From the NCBI GenBank assembly GCA_964016885.1, contig OZ024740.1:176142001-176206000 (forward strand): 64,000 nt of DNA, read 5' to 3'. Both the position numbers and the translations under genes were made by a program. Numbering within the stretch: the stretch's first letter is position 1; every line of letters starts with the position of its first letter. Source of the stretch: Eledone cirrhosa. Lineage: Eukaryota. Positions 1 through 13,649 of the stretch are shown piece after piece. Under the pieces are notes generated by a model that searched no databases, was not told where the DNA came from, and was given only the letters and a program-made list of their open reading frames with translations.

Positions 1-519
1 GTAGCAGAGTGTGAGCCCAGGTTTTCCTTATGGCATGGTTAAACAAGGAGGAAATAAATTTGGCCGTGCAAGTTTTGGGGGAAAAGAGAAAGGGAGAGTA
101 AGTGTTGGGTTTCAAGGTGGTTTTAGGGAGAGAAAAAGTGAGCAAGCAGCATCTGACAGTATAGTGGAAGTGCATCCACCTTAAGGTGAGGGTCTGGGAT
201 GAGTGAAGGGGAGTGACTTTGTAGGTTGAGGAAAGACTATGGTGGAGAAGCAGGGATCGCGTCTATAAGGGTGAAGTGAATAGATATTGAGGAGGTGATG
301 GTAAAGGCATCTTGAGTGTTGTTACATCTTTCTTCCTTTTACAGTCATTCTCTCCATGCTCTTGTAGTCAAGGATGTGAAAGGAGTTGGGGAGACTAGGT
401 GAGGGGGATAGTGAGGAAGAGATGATAGATGGTGTAACTTAAGTCTTGTTATATCTTTCTGCTTTTTACAGCCATGCTCTCATTCTTTATTTCATTGCAC
501 TTGTGTAGGGATGTGAATC

Positions 520-960
520 TTCTGTAGTATGGCATGTCACCAACTGTCTCTATCCTGTGTCATCTTCGCTGTGAGATCCACATTTTTACGGTCAGCTTTT
601 ACCACTTTGATCTTAGGTCTTCTTCTTCTACAATTTACTTCAACTTTAAGTGCCTGCACTTCTTAATGCTCGTCTCATCCTTCATATGTACAACATGGCA
701 ATAACAACACAGTCTTCTCTCTTGTAGACTACATCAGCTTTTTCTCATGTCTAGTTTTTCTCTCATCCTATTAATGCTTTGTTGTTCTTCCACATTACTA
801 ATATACATCTATCAGAGAATGCTCGCCTCATACATATCCAATCTTTGCAAATCCTTTGCATTGATTGTCGAAGTCTTGCTTCCATACAGCATCACAGTTC
901 ACACAAAGGCATCCTACAATCTGCCTTTGTATCATAGTGAAAAGCCAACAGAGGACAATT
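520..960 (-). mobile_element. Decayed 3' end of an RTE-like LINE ORF
   Basis: Minus-strand remnants resemble the RTE C-terminal region (..VMLYGSKT.., ..RRRPK..); many stops and frameshifts. Confidence 0.5.
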
Positions 961-1200
961 TTAGAGACGTGCTTCGTCCAACGCAAATCGCTGCTGACCA
1001 TAATGCCCAGGTCACGTTCACAAGAAGACTTCTTGATATTAGTGTTGTGGAGGGAGTATGTGGATGCTGGATTTTTACTCCCAAAATGCATGGCGGTACA
1101 CTTGTCCACAGCTAGCTTGAGTTGCCAGTCTGTGATCCATTGTTGCATTGTGTCCAGGTCAGATTGCAGGCAAGAACTATAGTGTTCAGGATCGGTCCTT
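960..1200 (-). mobile_element. CR1/L2-like LINE RT fragment
   Basis: LQSDLDTMQQWITDWQLKLAVDKC..HFG..ERDLGIMVSSDLRWTKHV is a typical CR1-clade post-catalytic RT segment. Confidence 0.8.
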
Positions 1201-1558
1201 TTTATATAAAAAAAAAAGGGAATGCATATCATCAACATGCTTTGATAGAATAAGTTGATTTTAAAAGTTAAGATCTAATATACTTTGACTATAATTCCAT
1301 ATCTGTCAATGTCAATAAGACAGAGAGAAGATAAAGAAAGAGAGATAAGAGACAGACAAATAGACAAAGTAAGCATACAAGACAGCTAACATATTTTTTT
1401 GAAAATATAATTGTTTCTCAGTATGAGATTTTAAATGTTAAATTCAGTTTACAGATCAGTTTATGATTGAACATAGATTATGTTTTCAAAAAGCTGTCGA
1501 TATATATTTACTCGTAATACCAGAGCCATGTCCCCTGACATGAATCTTATAATTAGTT

Positions 1559-1749
1559 GCGGTGGATTGGCAGTAACGGTAGAGGGTCGGACGCCATGCT
1601 TTGACGCATAGAGTTACAGCCCTTTCCAATCTGAGTTCAAATCCCGCCGAGGTTAACTTTGCCTTTCATCCTTACGGGGTCGATAAAATAAAGTACCAGT
1701 AATACACTGGGTATTTGCTGGCCTCGTGCCAAAAGTAGAAACAATTATT
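1559..1749 (+). mobile_element. tRNA-derived SINE (dominant family of the window)
   Basis: A-box-like TGGCAGTAACGG, B-box GAGTTCAAATCC, core TTTGCCTTTCATCCTTACGGGGTCGATAAAATAAAGTACCAG, (ATT)-type tail; more than 10 similar copies in the window. Confidence 0.9.
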
Positions 1750-2391
1750 TGTAAATATATTATAAAGTTAGTTTGGTTTATATATAAAATAATTCTGTAA
1801 GTGAATACCAGATTTATTTCCCCTAGTATGAGCTTTTTGTTTAAACATACTTTTTGCTTATATCTTTTTAATAGATGTAGAATATTATATGGTTTGTTGA
1901 AAGGGTGAAGACCTTATTTTTAAAGGTTGTTTTAAGGTTCTAATGAAGAAAAAAAGCCTTTTTATCTTATAAAAGGAAGAAAACCTGTGGAGAATTAGTG
2001 TTATCCCAAGGAATGTCAGAGTTGTACTTGTCTGGCAAATGACTTGATCTGAGACTGTGTTGAAATTAAAACAATTACTGCGTGGAAGAGTCATTTTAAC
2101 CATTTGAAAATGGAAAAACTGTTAAATTTATATATATCGTTTATTTCATGATGTTAAAATTTTCATCAGAATGTCTGTGACCTTGTCACTGACAGTTCCA
2201 CTGCAATTACATTAAAATGTATTAAATGGTCAGTTTTTATTAGCTTCATGAGAGAAAAAACTCCCTAGTTCCTAAATTTTAAGTCAGTTGCAGTGGAACT
2301 GTGTCAGCGACCAGGTTGCTGACTGTGGGACAAACATTTTGACAGTTTCTGTTACTTGGGTAACCAAAGAAATAAGTTATATATATATACA

Positions 2392-2435
<44 letters not shown>

Positions 2436-2645
2436 AAAGGCTTCTACAGGACTAGAAGTGTTTCATTCGGTAGAAATTGAACCCGGGATAAACTTATATA
2501 TATATATATATAATAAGAGTGTATGTTATTATGAGGCTAAAATACTATTCCACTAGGAATGTGTTGTAAGTAAATCTAGATCCCATAATGTTCCATGTTA
2601 AATATTAAAAATAATAATATATACATATTTTAAATAATTATAATT

Positions 2646-2691
2646 AAAAGTTAATGAACTTTGTATAATTATACAAAGTTCATTAACTTTT
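2646..2691. repeat. Perfect 46-bp palindrome
   Basis: aaaagttaatgaactttgtataa|ttatacaaagttcattaactttt is its own reverse complement. Confidence 0.95.
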
Positions 2692-2965
2692 GGAATTAAT
2701 AATGATTTCATTGAAGACACTAGACCAAACATTGTAGGGAAGAGAAAGTTGATTATATCAACCTCAATAGGATGAACAGCAAGTTGATTAAGGCTGGATT
2801 TGAATTCACAACATAAAGAGCCATAGCTACATTTCACGCATACATATCATGCATTATTGAATCTTTCAGATAATCATAGAACCTGAAACTTAACCTAGGA
2901 TAGTAAACATAATCTATTGCCTAGTTTTGTACCCCTAATTGGCTAATGGGTGTCATTAGCAGAGT

Positions 2966-3081
2966 TTACTCTGTTGCAAGCATTTGGGATATGTCTGGTT
3001 TGTGGAGACTTTCCTCTTCATCTCCTATTACACTCATAAGACCCCCAACATGTGCCATGGGGCCCGCCTTTCCTTCTCTGA
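2966..3081 (-). other. Possible exon of an unidentified minus-strand host gene
   Basis: Strong acceptor cattttgtttattatttAG followed by an open frame REGKAGPMAHVGGLMSVIGDEEESLHKPDISQMLATE*; locally GC-richer than flanks; no homolog recognised. Confidence 0.3.
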
Positions 3082-3950
3082 CTAAATAATAAACAAAATG
3101 AAGTTGAGTTTCTTGTTGCCAAAATATGAGTTGATAGATGTTAGAAAATTCCTTTTCATTTAACATATATAATCTTCTAATTTCTTGTATTCTAATCTTA
3201 TAAATCTAACTAAAATAAATTTTATTGGTCAACCTCGCAAACACAATCTCACGCATAAAAGGAAGCAGCAAGTAGAGAACATACAGAATAAATGAGGAAA
3301 TAAAATATTTTCTTTCTAGCATTATGCTGTTTAGTCATAGGTTAACCTTGATCAAGCAGACTAATAATCAAAATCATCAGAATTATCCCATGCACATCTC
3401 CTATCTAATGTGACTTTTCCTTATCTGAAACGTTAGATGGTGATATGAGGAAGATTTGCCTGCTATTTCTAGCACATCCAGTTGCCACGTAGAAGCTCCC
3501 TCATTTTACGGTTTTGTTTATTAGCTTCAAGTCAGTGTTGATTGAGAAGACCTATTATCAAAAGCATTTCAGCCTGACTATGTATAGGAGTACATTTTCA
3601 TATGTATTTTTCTTTTAAGGTGTGATTTAAGAGAACTAGGCTGCTATTTCTAAATGGTTGAACCCTGGTGTATTTGAGTTTGTTGATCATTAAAGACCAA
3701 ATTCATATTCGATATTCGATAGTTTCTCTTTAGAACCGAAGTTTCATTAAAAACAATTAGTATATTGCCTGATTTCTGTATTTTTCTTAAAATATAAATT
3801 TTAGTTGTTTACTGGTGTCGAAACATCTATAATTGAGCATTTCTTTAATTAGCAACCCTATTGGATCTATGTAGTATTGGCTAAAATAAAAGCTAACACT
3901 TGGGGCAAGATCCTACAGAATACAGAATAGTTTGGTGGAAATATTGATAA

Positions 3951-4946
<996 letters not shown>

Positions 4947-4969
4947 TTTGTTGAATGATAACATTATTT

Positions 4970-5160
4970 GGATTGGATTGGCAGTATCGGTAGAGGGTCG
5001 GACGCCATGCTTTGAAGCATAGTTACCTCCCTTTATGATCTGAGTTCAAATCCAGCCGAGGATAACTTTGCCCTTCATCCTTTCGGGGTCGATAAAATAA
5101 AGTACCAGTAATGCACTTGAATATTTCTGGCCTTGTGCCAAAAAGTAGTAAAAATTATTT
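4970..5160 (+). mobile_element. tRNA-derived SINE
   Basis: Same family as 1559-1749. Confidence 0.9.
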
Positions 5161-5999
5161 GGAATAGTTACTAAGAGTTATTCCCCTTCAATTACTGATG
5201 TCCGTTATCGATGTTGGGCTGAAGGTAATATTGTCTTTTAAAACTTTAAAATCAAAATTTTCTCATTACTACTTCTAATTACTGGTATTAAACTGCACTA
5301 CTATGTTAATTTTTTAATCATTTAATTTCATTTTAATTTTGTACGACTATAAAACTTTCGATGCTTTGTTTTTATTAGTAAGAATCAAGATATATCTCAT
5401 CAATGTTCGAGCTGTCTAGCAGCTGTTTGAGTATCCAGTCAGTGGCGGACTGGGTCTAACAATATTGGTTGCTTGGAAATGAAGGGCTCCACCTACGTAT
5501 AGAATGCTATCATTTAATTTTTATAATGAATAAATAATATTTTCGAAAAATACATAGGTGGAAACAAAACAGTACAATCAAATTTTTGCGGAAAAATATC
5601 TTACCTTCTCCAATAAAAAAATATGTATTTTGCGAAATCCAGAGACTTTCATTAATGACCAGAAGTCGACCCTAAATATTACTAATTAAATTAATTCAAC
5701 AGTTAAACACACATAGGAAGAATAAGGTTGTTACCAAAGGGACAGAAGATTGACAAGGCGACTCTAAATATTACTAATAGCCCAAGGAAAGCCATGAACG
5801 AAACCACATCTTTTTAACTTTGATCTTGAAAGTAGGTTTATAATTATCAATTTTCATTATACTTTTGTATCTGTCTCAACGACTAGTTGGAGGAATTAGA
5901 GACGGTGGTGAACCTAGTCTGAAGTTCGATCCTGGTCGGGAGTAGGGTTCCCGGTAAACCTTTTCAGTTCTTTTCTATTGGTTGTAAGATAAAAACTGA

Positions 6000-8575
6000 A
6001 AAAGGTTCCATCCATTTCCTCAGCCGCTGCCTCCACCTCCTCTTCATCCCCCTTGGCCTCCGACTGCACTTCCACACCTCCCCCTGCGCTTCCCTCTCCA
6101 CCCAAGGTATCCTCATCTGGTCCTCGCGCGTGCTAATGCGTAACTCCCTCCGCTCCTCCCTCTCCACCATCCGCAACCTGACCACACACTCACCCCCACC
6201 CTCCTCCGCCTCAACTCCGCGTGCCACCCCCTCCTCGCCCACTCTCTCGTCCTCTTCATCCAAAACCTCAACCAGGACCTCTTCTCCTTCCTCACCTCCA
6301 CCAAAGTCCTTAAGCTATACTCACTCCTCCCCACCACCACCTTCCCCCCCAAAACGCCGGCCCCCGTGACCCCCACCCCCGCCTCCCTCCACCATACACA
6401 CCCCTCTCCCGTATCAGACCCCTACACATCTCCCCCTCCATATCAACCCCACCATACCTCCTCCCCTTCTCTCACCCAAACCTCACCGTCCCCACCCCCA
6501 CTTGTTGTCACCATACCTCCTGAGCCCCCTCTCCGCACCTGAGCGCTCACACCCCGCACAACGACGAGTTCCGCACCCGAGCGGATGTCGAGCGATTCGT
6601 GCGACGCACCAAGCTACAGGCACATTTTCACCAAACGCCACCGGCTCCGAACGCCCCAGACCCATTTCTCGCCCTGGGCCGACGACCATCGTCTTGGACG
6701 CCGGCATCCGGGTAATTTAGCACCCTGCACAGGCTCGTCGACGCCTGCCGTAGCCTAGTAAATCGCTTCGACTTCCGCCACCGTTCCAAACGGAATAACA
6801 TCTCACGGGGCGAACTCTTCGCTCTCCGCTCCCGCCGTGGCGCGCTGACCTCTACATGGATGAAGCCCTCAGGCAGCTCCGTAACCCCCTCTTATACTGC
6901 CCTCTACTCTCCGACCCCACACCCTTCTACCAACAACAAGTTTCCTCCACCATTCAACACCTCGTCTCCTCCTCCCTCCTACCGCTCCCCACCTCATCTT
7001 CCGCACCCCCGCACCCCCTCTATCTACTTCCTCCCCAAACTCCACAAACCCGACAACCCAGGCCGCCCCATTTTTTCCGCTTGCAACTGCCCCACTGAAC
7101 TCATCTCCGCCTTTCTTGATTCCCCCCCCCCCCCCATCACCACCCTCCCATCCCACATCTCCGACACCAACCACGCCCTTCGCCTGTTCGGCTCCCTCAC
7201 TTTCCCATCCGGCCCACACACCCTCCTTTTCACACTAGATATTAAGTCGCTCTACACAGTTATCCCCCACGCCGACGACCTACGTGCCCTCCGGCACTAC
7301 CTCGACCTTCTCCCCTCCCCCAACCTCTCTACCCCCACCCTCCTCCGCCTCGCCGAGCTGGTCCTCACCCTCAACTGCTTCTCCTTCTCGGGTGAATTTT
7401 ACAAACAGGTCACTCGGGTAGCCATGGGGACCAGAATGGGCCCAAACTATGCCAACCTTTTCGTTGGCCATGTTGAGACCCAAATCTTTGCCCAGTACAC
7501 CGGCCCCACGCCCTAACTATACGGTCGTTGCATTGACGACTGTATCAGAGCCACGACCCTCACCCGACAACAGCTCGACTCCTTTCTTTCCTTCTTCTGC
7601 TCGTTCCACCCATCCCTCCATTTCACCACCTCTATCTCCACCACCCACGTCCACTTCTTGGAGATCTCCGACGCCATCGAACCCTCTTACCGCTCCCTCG
7701 TCACCTCCGCCTTCTTTAAACCTACCTCCTCCCACTCCTACCTCGACTTCACCTCCTCCCACCCAACACACACAAAACATTCCATTCCCTACTGCCAACT
7801 CCTCCGGATCCGCCGCCTCCGCAGCCGAGATGCTGACTTCGAGTTCCAGGCTCTTTCTCTAGACAGCCATTTCATCCGGAGAGGTTACCCACCCCCTCCC
7901 CCGTCCACACCGTCCTCACTCGCGCCCGTGCTGTCCACCGCTCCACCGCCCTCTCCCCACGCCCCCGCACACCCACCCACCGTCTCCCCCGTCCCATCAC
8001 CTACCACCCCTGCACCCTACCCTTCACCGCACCATCCTCCACCTCTTCCGATGCATCCAGTCCGACCCCCCCCATCGCCCCCTCCCCTTCCTTCAAACGC
8101 GCGCGTAATCTCCACTCCTTCCTCGTCTGCAGCCCCTCCCCCCCCAAACCCATGCTCCCCCTCGTTCCATTCCCTGCTCCAGGCCTCGCTGCCCCACCTT
8201 CCCACACGTCACTAACCCGAGCAACTTCCAGGGTCCCAACGGTCACTCTCTTTCTGTCCGGCACGCCTTCCGCTGCACCCCCTCCAACCTCGTCTATGGA
8301 CTTCGCTGCACGGAGTGCAACGCAACCTACGTCGGACAGACTGGACGTCGCCTGGTGGATCGGTTCACGGAGCACTTCCGGGATATTCATCTCGGCCGGA
8401 GTTCCCCTATCGCCCGCCACTTTAGCTCCCCTGGACATTCCGCCCACCACCGCATAGTCTGTGTCCTGATCCAATGCCATGGGACAACCGGCCTCACGGT
8501 CTAACAACACACCATCTTCACCCTACAGACCGACACACACCCCGGCCTGAACTCCCCACCCCTATTCCTTTAGTC
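6000..8575 (+). mobile_element. Degenerate Penelope-like element (RT + C-terminal GIY-YIG), C-rich
   Basis: YFLPKLHKPDNPGRPI, LFTLDIKSLYT, AMGTRMGPNYANLF, YGRCIDD, thumb SIPYCQLLRIRR, endonuclease NLVYGLRC..YVGQTGRRLVDRFTEH; stops and frameshifts. Confidence 0.9.
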
Positions 8576-9745
8576 TTCGACCCCCCCCCCCCACACACAC
8601 ACACATCCCCACTAACACCACTAACACACTCTTCAGTTTCACCGCCAATTGGCCCACCCCACAATTAATAATACTAACACCCTCACCCCACCCCCGACCC
8701 TCCACCCAACTAACAATACTAACATCCACCTCCCCCCTCCGCTAGCATCCACGCACCCACAGACCCCACACGCACATACCCATCTGTACATATATACACC
8801 CACTCACACTATCCACACACCTTATTACCACCACTAACTCCACCCACACATCCCCATCCGACCACACCACAACTAATATTACTAACATCCCCCAACCCAC
8901 CTTCCTCCTCACCCCACACGAACACGCACCATCACACATACACCCACCCACACCTACGTACACACCGATACACCACCCACTCCACACACCCAACCACCAC
9001 TAACCACCACTTACACACCCGCATTCAACCCCTTCCGCACCACCAGAAATACTAACACCCTCTCTACCACACACACACTCATATCCAAACACGCACACAC
9101 ACACACACCAGTACACTACACTACCTCCTCTGTACCCAACACCTTTTCTCTCCTCCTCTCTCTCCCCGCTCCACCTACACCCCCTCATACACATCCCCCT
9201 AACACCTTCACTAATATACACACCATCCCCCCACTCCACCACCTTCTCCCTCCACCTTTCACACCTATCCATCCTCTCCCCTGTCCACCTCACCTCCGCA
9301 CACACAGACACACAGTCCACACCACATACAGACCCTTTCTTTACCTGTCATCCTCCTTTACTGCTATTCTTCACTCTGCCTTGACCCTCTCACCACTTCC
9401 TCATCACTCTCTCACCACTCCCTCACCCCACATCTCTCCACTTCCTCACTACCACACCAGGATTTCACACCTCCGGTCATCGTTCCATCCATCCTTTCTA
9501 CGACACGTGAAATCTCCAACATCTTGTCTCACACTCCATGGAACATACACACGAACAAACACTTACATTATTTTCGAACCGCGCCACCTACATCCACACC
9601 ACATATAAACACAAACACACACGTGCATACCCCCACATACACACACTCAGCCTCCAGACTCCACACGCCTACCCCTCTCCATCCACCTGTGAAAAAGAAA
9701 TAGAATACTTGATAAATATTTATACCTATACCTATATATATATAT

Positions 9746-12489
9746 TAGAGTGTCCCATAAAAAGCAAGATACTAACGCTCCTTGTGTATTTTCCCATTAT
9801 AAATGCCCCAATTGGTAAAATAAAACATATTTTGTATAAAATAAATTATTTTGAGTCTTGCCTATATCGTGGTGATTATAGTGGAAAGTGTGATTATGTT
9901 GCATGAAATCATGAAAATGTGAAACCAAATATGACCATACAATAATTGTTTATTTTATTAATCCATTAGATTTAGTAGAGCAGCTTTGAATATAAAGGCG
10001 TACAAGGAAGAAACAAGTTCAGTTAAGTTAACTCCAGTCATATTTTTTTCAGAGTTTCTTTTTTGAAATCCGGGACCTTGCGACGATGAGCTTCGACTAA
10101 TTGAAGAACACGCTGCTTCTCCTCCTCATTCTTGGTGATGGCAACAAAATCAGTTATCAACTTGACTGCTCTCTCCGCCAGATCGTTGACTACCTTGATA
10201 TTGTGAACAACAGCACAGGCATTTTGATATGACGCTTGTGATGACCTAGTTGCAGGTGACAGCTCAAGCCAAGTATCGTCAAGACCAAGGAGATCGAACA
10301 GAAGCCTTGATTTCTTCCCAACTAGATGAGGCAGCTTCGTGGACGACTTCAACTCGGGAAATATTGGAGCACCACGGTCGAGAGGCCCAGACGTTTTCGT
10401 TTTGACAAGACGTTGGGCTATTTGTTTCTTCTCGGACTCTTAGACCCGACTTGAAAACAGCGCTAGCGGAATGGCTTCCTCCGTCAGGTACCAAAGATGC
10501 CTGTTCAGAGCAGTAGTGGCTGCCTGCGAGAGATCTCTGTCAACCTTACTGTACTGTGTCAACTCCGCGTAGAATTGAAGGTCATTGGATGGTGCATCAG
10601 CACACTTGAGTGCTGTCAGCCAGTATTGCACGTAGAACAGAGCATTGAACATACAGATCCGGCGCAACTTTTCCATTTTAGCTTGATCGTAATTGAGTCG
10701 CTCACCAATTGCATACATCCTTGCACTATAGATGATTGTGGACACCCACCGAGCGTTATGATGTGCATCAGGTAGCATCCAATGAATTCCACGAGGAGCG
10801 GTGACACCTAGCAAGATCAAAATCAACTCGGCACATTCTCGGTAGTCGTCCCGTGGAAGAGAACTCATTTTCCCATCGTCGGATGTCAGCAAATCTTCGA
10901 GGAACTTGAGTCTCCAGTCGACAATGTTCATGTTTTAAAGTTGGTCTTGTCAGCGAGTGACACTCAATCTTTTTTGAACTCCTTTAACTCTGGGGTGTCT
11001 GGACTGGACATTGCTCCGAATAGTTGTTGCCACACTGCACACAAGATACGCTCCATGACATGGTTTCGACAAGCAAAATCAAACATCTTTTTGTTGAGCA
11101 TCTCTTCTAGTTTCACGCAGGCACCATTTTTCCATTCAGAATTCGAAGCAGTTGTGTCGAAGACCAAGCCCACCACAGACCCATCAACATCCCAATCTTT
11201 AACAAGATCAAATGGTGCTTTGGCTTGGGTCGTTCCAGTGCCATCAGGAATTATGGGAACACCAAGGAGTTTACTTTCTCTGAAGTCCGGTGTTCCAGCA
11301 ACTAGCACACCTAGCCTCTCGTGGTCACCAGGAATTATTTTGCCATCCCAATGCAAGGGAACAAAGTCTGGTACAGCAAACTTTTCCTTTATGTGTTCAG
11401 CTTCCACAGTTCTTCTTAGCTGCACCTCTGCTACTATTCTTGGAGAGAGTTGTGGCGTCTATGTCAGTCCCACCCTCAGAAATAATCGATGCCATAAATG
11501 CTGTTCTCTGGCCCAGAGTCAGGTTTAAACGATCAGCCATTAGAGAAAATTTTGGACTTTGAAATGGATTTTTTGGGAGTTCCAGCTGGATTTTTCGTTT
11601 CTTGTCTGACTTTGAGTGGGGTTGAGGCCTGAAATTCAGGATCCTGTTCATCTTCAGTTTCATCAGTGGTTGAACTTGAATCACTCAGTTCATTACGTGG
11701 AAGTTGTGCTGCTACAGATCCTGACAAACGCTTTCTATGGTTCTCTGACTCTCGACGAGCCACAGAAACCTGATCACGCTTAAACTTTGAAGAAACCTTT
11801 TTTCTGGTAACCCTTGTCTTCAGCATCTAGAGATACTTCTTTCTGGCAACGCAAGGCTTCGATAAATGTAGCATCTTCCATTTTCTGTTCATTATTACGA
11901 AGACGGTCTTTCAAAATTTTCTTTTCAGCATCAGTATGTGCAATGTAGAAATACGAATCCAATTCAGAAATAAATAGTGCTTCCTTTTCTTTCTTCGACT
12001 TAGAACCTTTGTTTTTTTTGTAAATTTCTGTATTCACTGTACATGTTCATAATTTTCAGTTTCACTTTGTCTTTTCGTTAAGTCGCCACACCAACTTTTT
12101 CCCACTGACTAATTACTTCCATCACAAGCCTATCCGCAATAGCACCATTGAAGCTCACATGCTTTTCGTGTTTCATAGGACCATCTTTCAGGTAGAAGAA
12201 ATATCTTAGAACATCCTCTTTTGTTGGTATTTTGTTTGATGAAAAGGATGTAACATATTTCCCAGGAGCCATATTTCTCGATCATCACAACGGAGCGAGT
12301 AGCTACAACTAGGCCAACTGGTTTCCGCCATTATTCGGCCAATTTGCAACTATTAGGCAAGACTTGAATTAGTCTGAAATAATCAAAATTACATTATAAA
12401 TTGATAATATACAAAATGGCATGAGAAAATGCATAGGGAGCTAAGAAAAAAACACTTTTGTGTAAAATGTGGGATTCTGGAACACCCTA
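9746..12489 (-). mobile_element. hAT-superfamily (hATm-type) DNA transposon with pseudogenised transposase
   Basis: Imperfect TIRs TAGAGTGTCCCATAA / TAGGGTGTTCCAGAA; motifs LHWDGK, VFDTTASN, FACRNHVMERIL, PRDDYRE, HHNARW, RHLWYLTEE, VVNDLAERAVKL spread over several frames (about 12331 to 10038); sits in (TA)n. Confidence 0.85.
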
Positions 12490-12511
12490 ATATATATATA
12501 TATTTATACCT

Positions 12512-12624
<113 letters not shown>

Positions 12625-12990
12625 TATATAATTCAAAATGTTAACAAATGAAAAGTATTCGCATAGTGAATTGATGTATCTAAGCTTGGTTTGTTTTTTG
12701 ATCATGCTGAGTAACACCCTCATTCATTTCTTACTCTCCTCTCTCAACCTCCTTATCTATTGCACCATTTACGTCATAAACTTTTGACCTACTTTTTTAT
12801 GATGTTATTCTTTGTGACATTATATGTATCATGTATTGTGTGCCGCCCCCCTACTTGTCCTTCTTCCTTGTTCTGGTGACTAGGCTCGATGGAGCCTGCA
12901 ACCTTTGATATACTTTTGTATAGGGTATGGATGAAACACTGTTAGCAAATAAAACAATGTATTTCTAAGCACTCTTTGGTTTTTCCTAAA

Positions 12991-13025
<35 letters not shown>

Positions 13026-13588
13026 CTATTGATTGATTAATTGTTTATGTTTGTTTGATAACTTCTGGTTGAGTGCTTAATTCGGTTTGTCTAATTTCAT
13101 TCCTTTGTCTCAAATTTCGAATTCACCGCCAAAACGGGGGTTACCTCCCTTATAGCGAAATTTACTGCTAGAACATACCCGCAGAGGCTAAAGAACACAA
13201 GACTTGTTGAAGAAGTAAATCCTTTGTTCTGTCACCAAGCACCATTAACTACCAGACCCTGCAAGCGGAATTTGTCGATCTTGGATTTGCAGAAACCTAG
13301 CTCGGATGGTGTGTGCTGTATGTGATGTATGTCGTATGCTATACGATATGTTGCATTCGATATCAGCGTTTTCTCCAGGTCAGTCTAAAACCTTTTTCCT
13401 GAATCCAACCATTCTCGTTGGTGTGGTAATGCGGCTGAACTGCAGATCGCTATATTTGATTTGCTCAGCTGTCTAAACGTATTGTTATTACTCTGGGGTA
13501 CTATTCCCATTCCAGTGCTAAAGCTACATACCGAATTTGCATTCGTTAGCTTGGCCGCAAACTAAGGCTTCGTTATTGCTGTACTAAA

Positions 13589-13638
<50 letters not shown>

Positions 13639-13649
13639 CGCTTTTGAAT

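Noticed and set aside
940-980. Chimeric CR1-RTE LINE at the junction of two minus-strand fragments
   Set aside because: Single decayed instance; nested insertion or deletion is the simpler explanation
1559-1650. tRNA gene suggested by A and B boxes
   Set aside because: No cloverleaf; it is the head of a multi-copy SINE
3014-3058. MAHVGGLMSVIGDEE resembles the V-ATPase subunit F N-terminus; GKAGPMAH resembles the ClC GKEGP motif
   Set aside because: No splice donor after GDE and no downstream DT.xGFLLGG; the ClC glutamate and transmembrane context are absent. Short chance similarities
12880-12950. Hammerhead-like motif (gctcgatgga..gaaacactgttagc)
   Set aside because: Core too degenerate and helix II not definable
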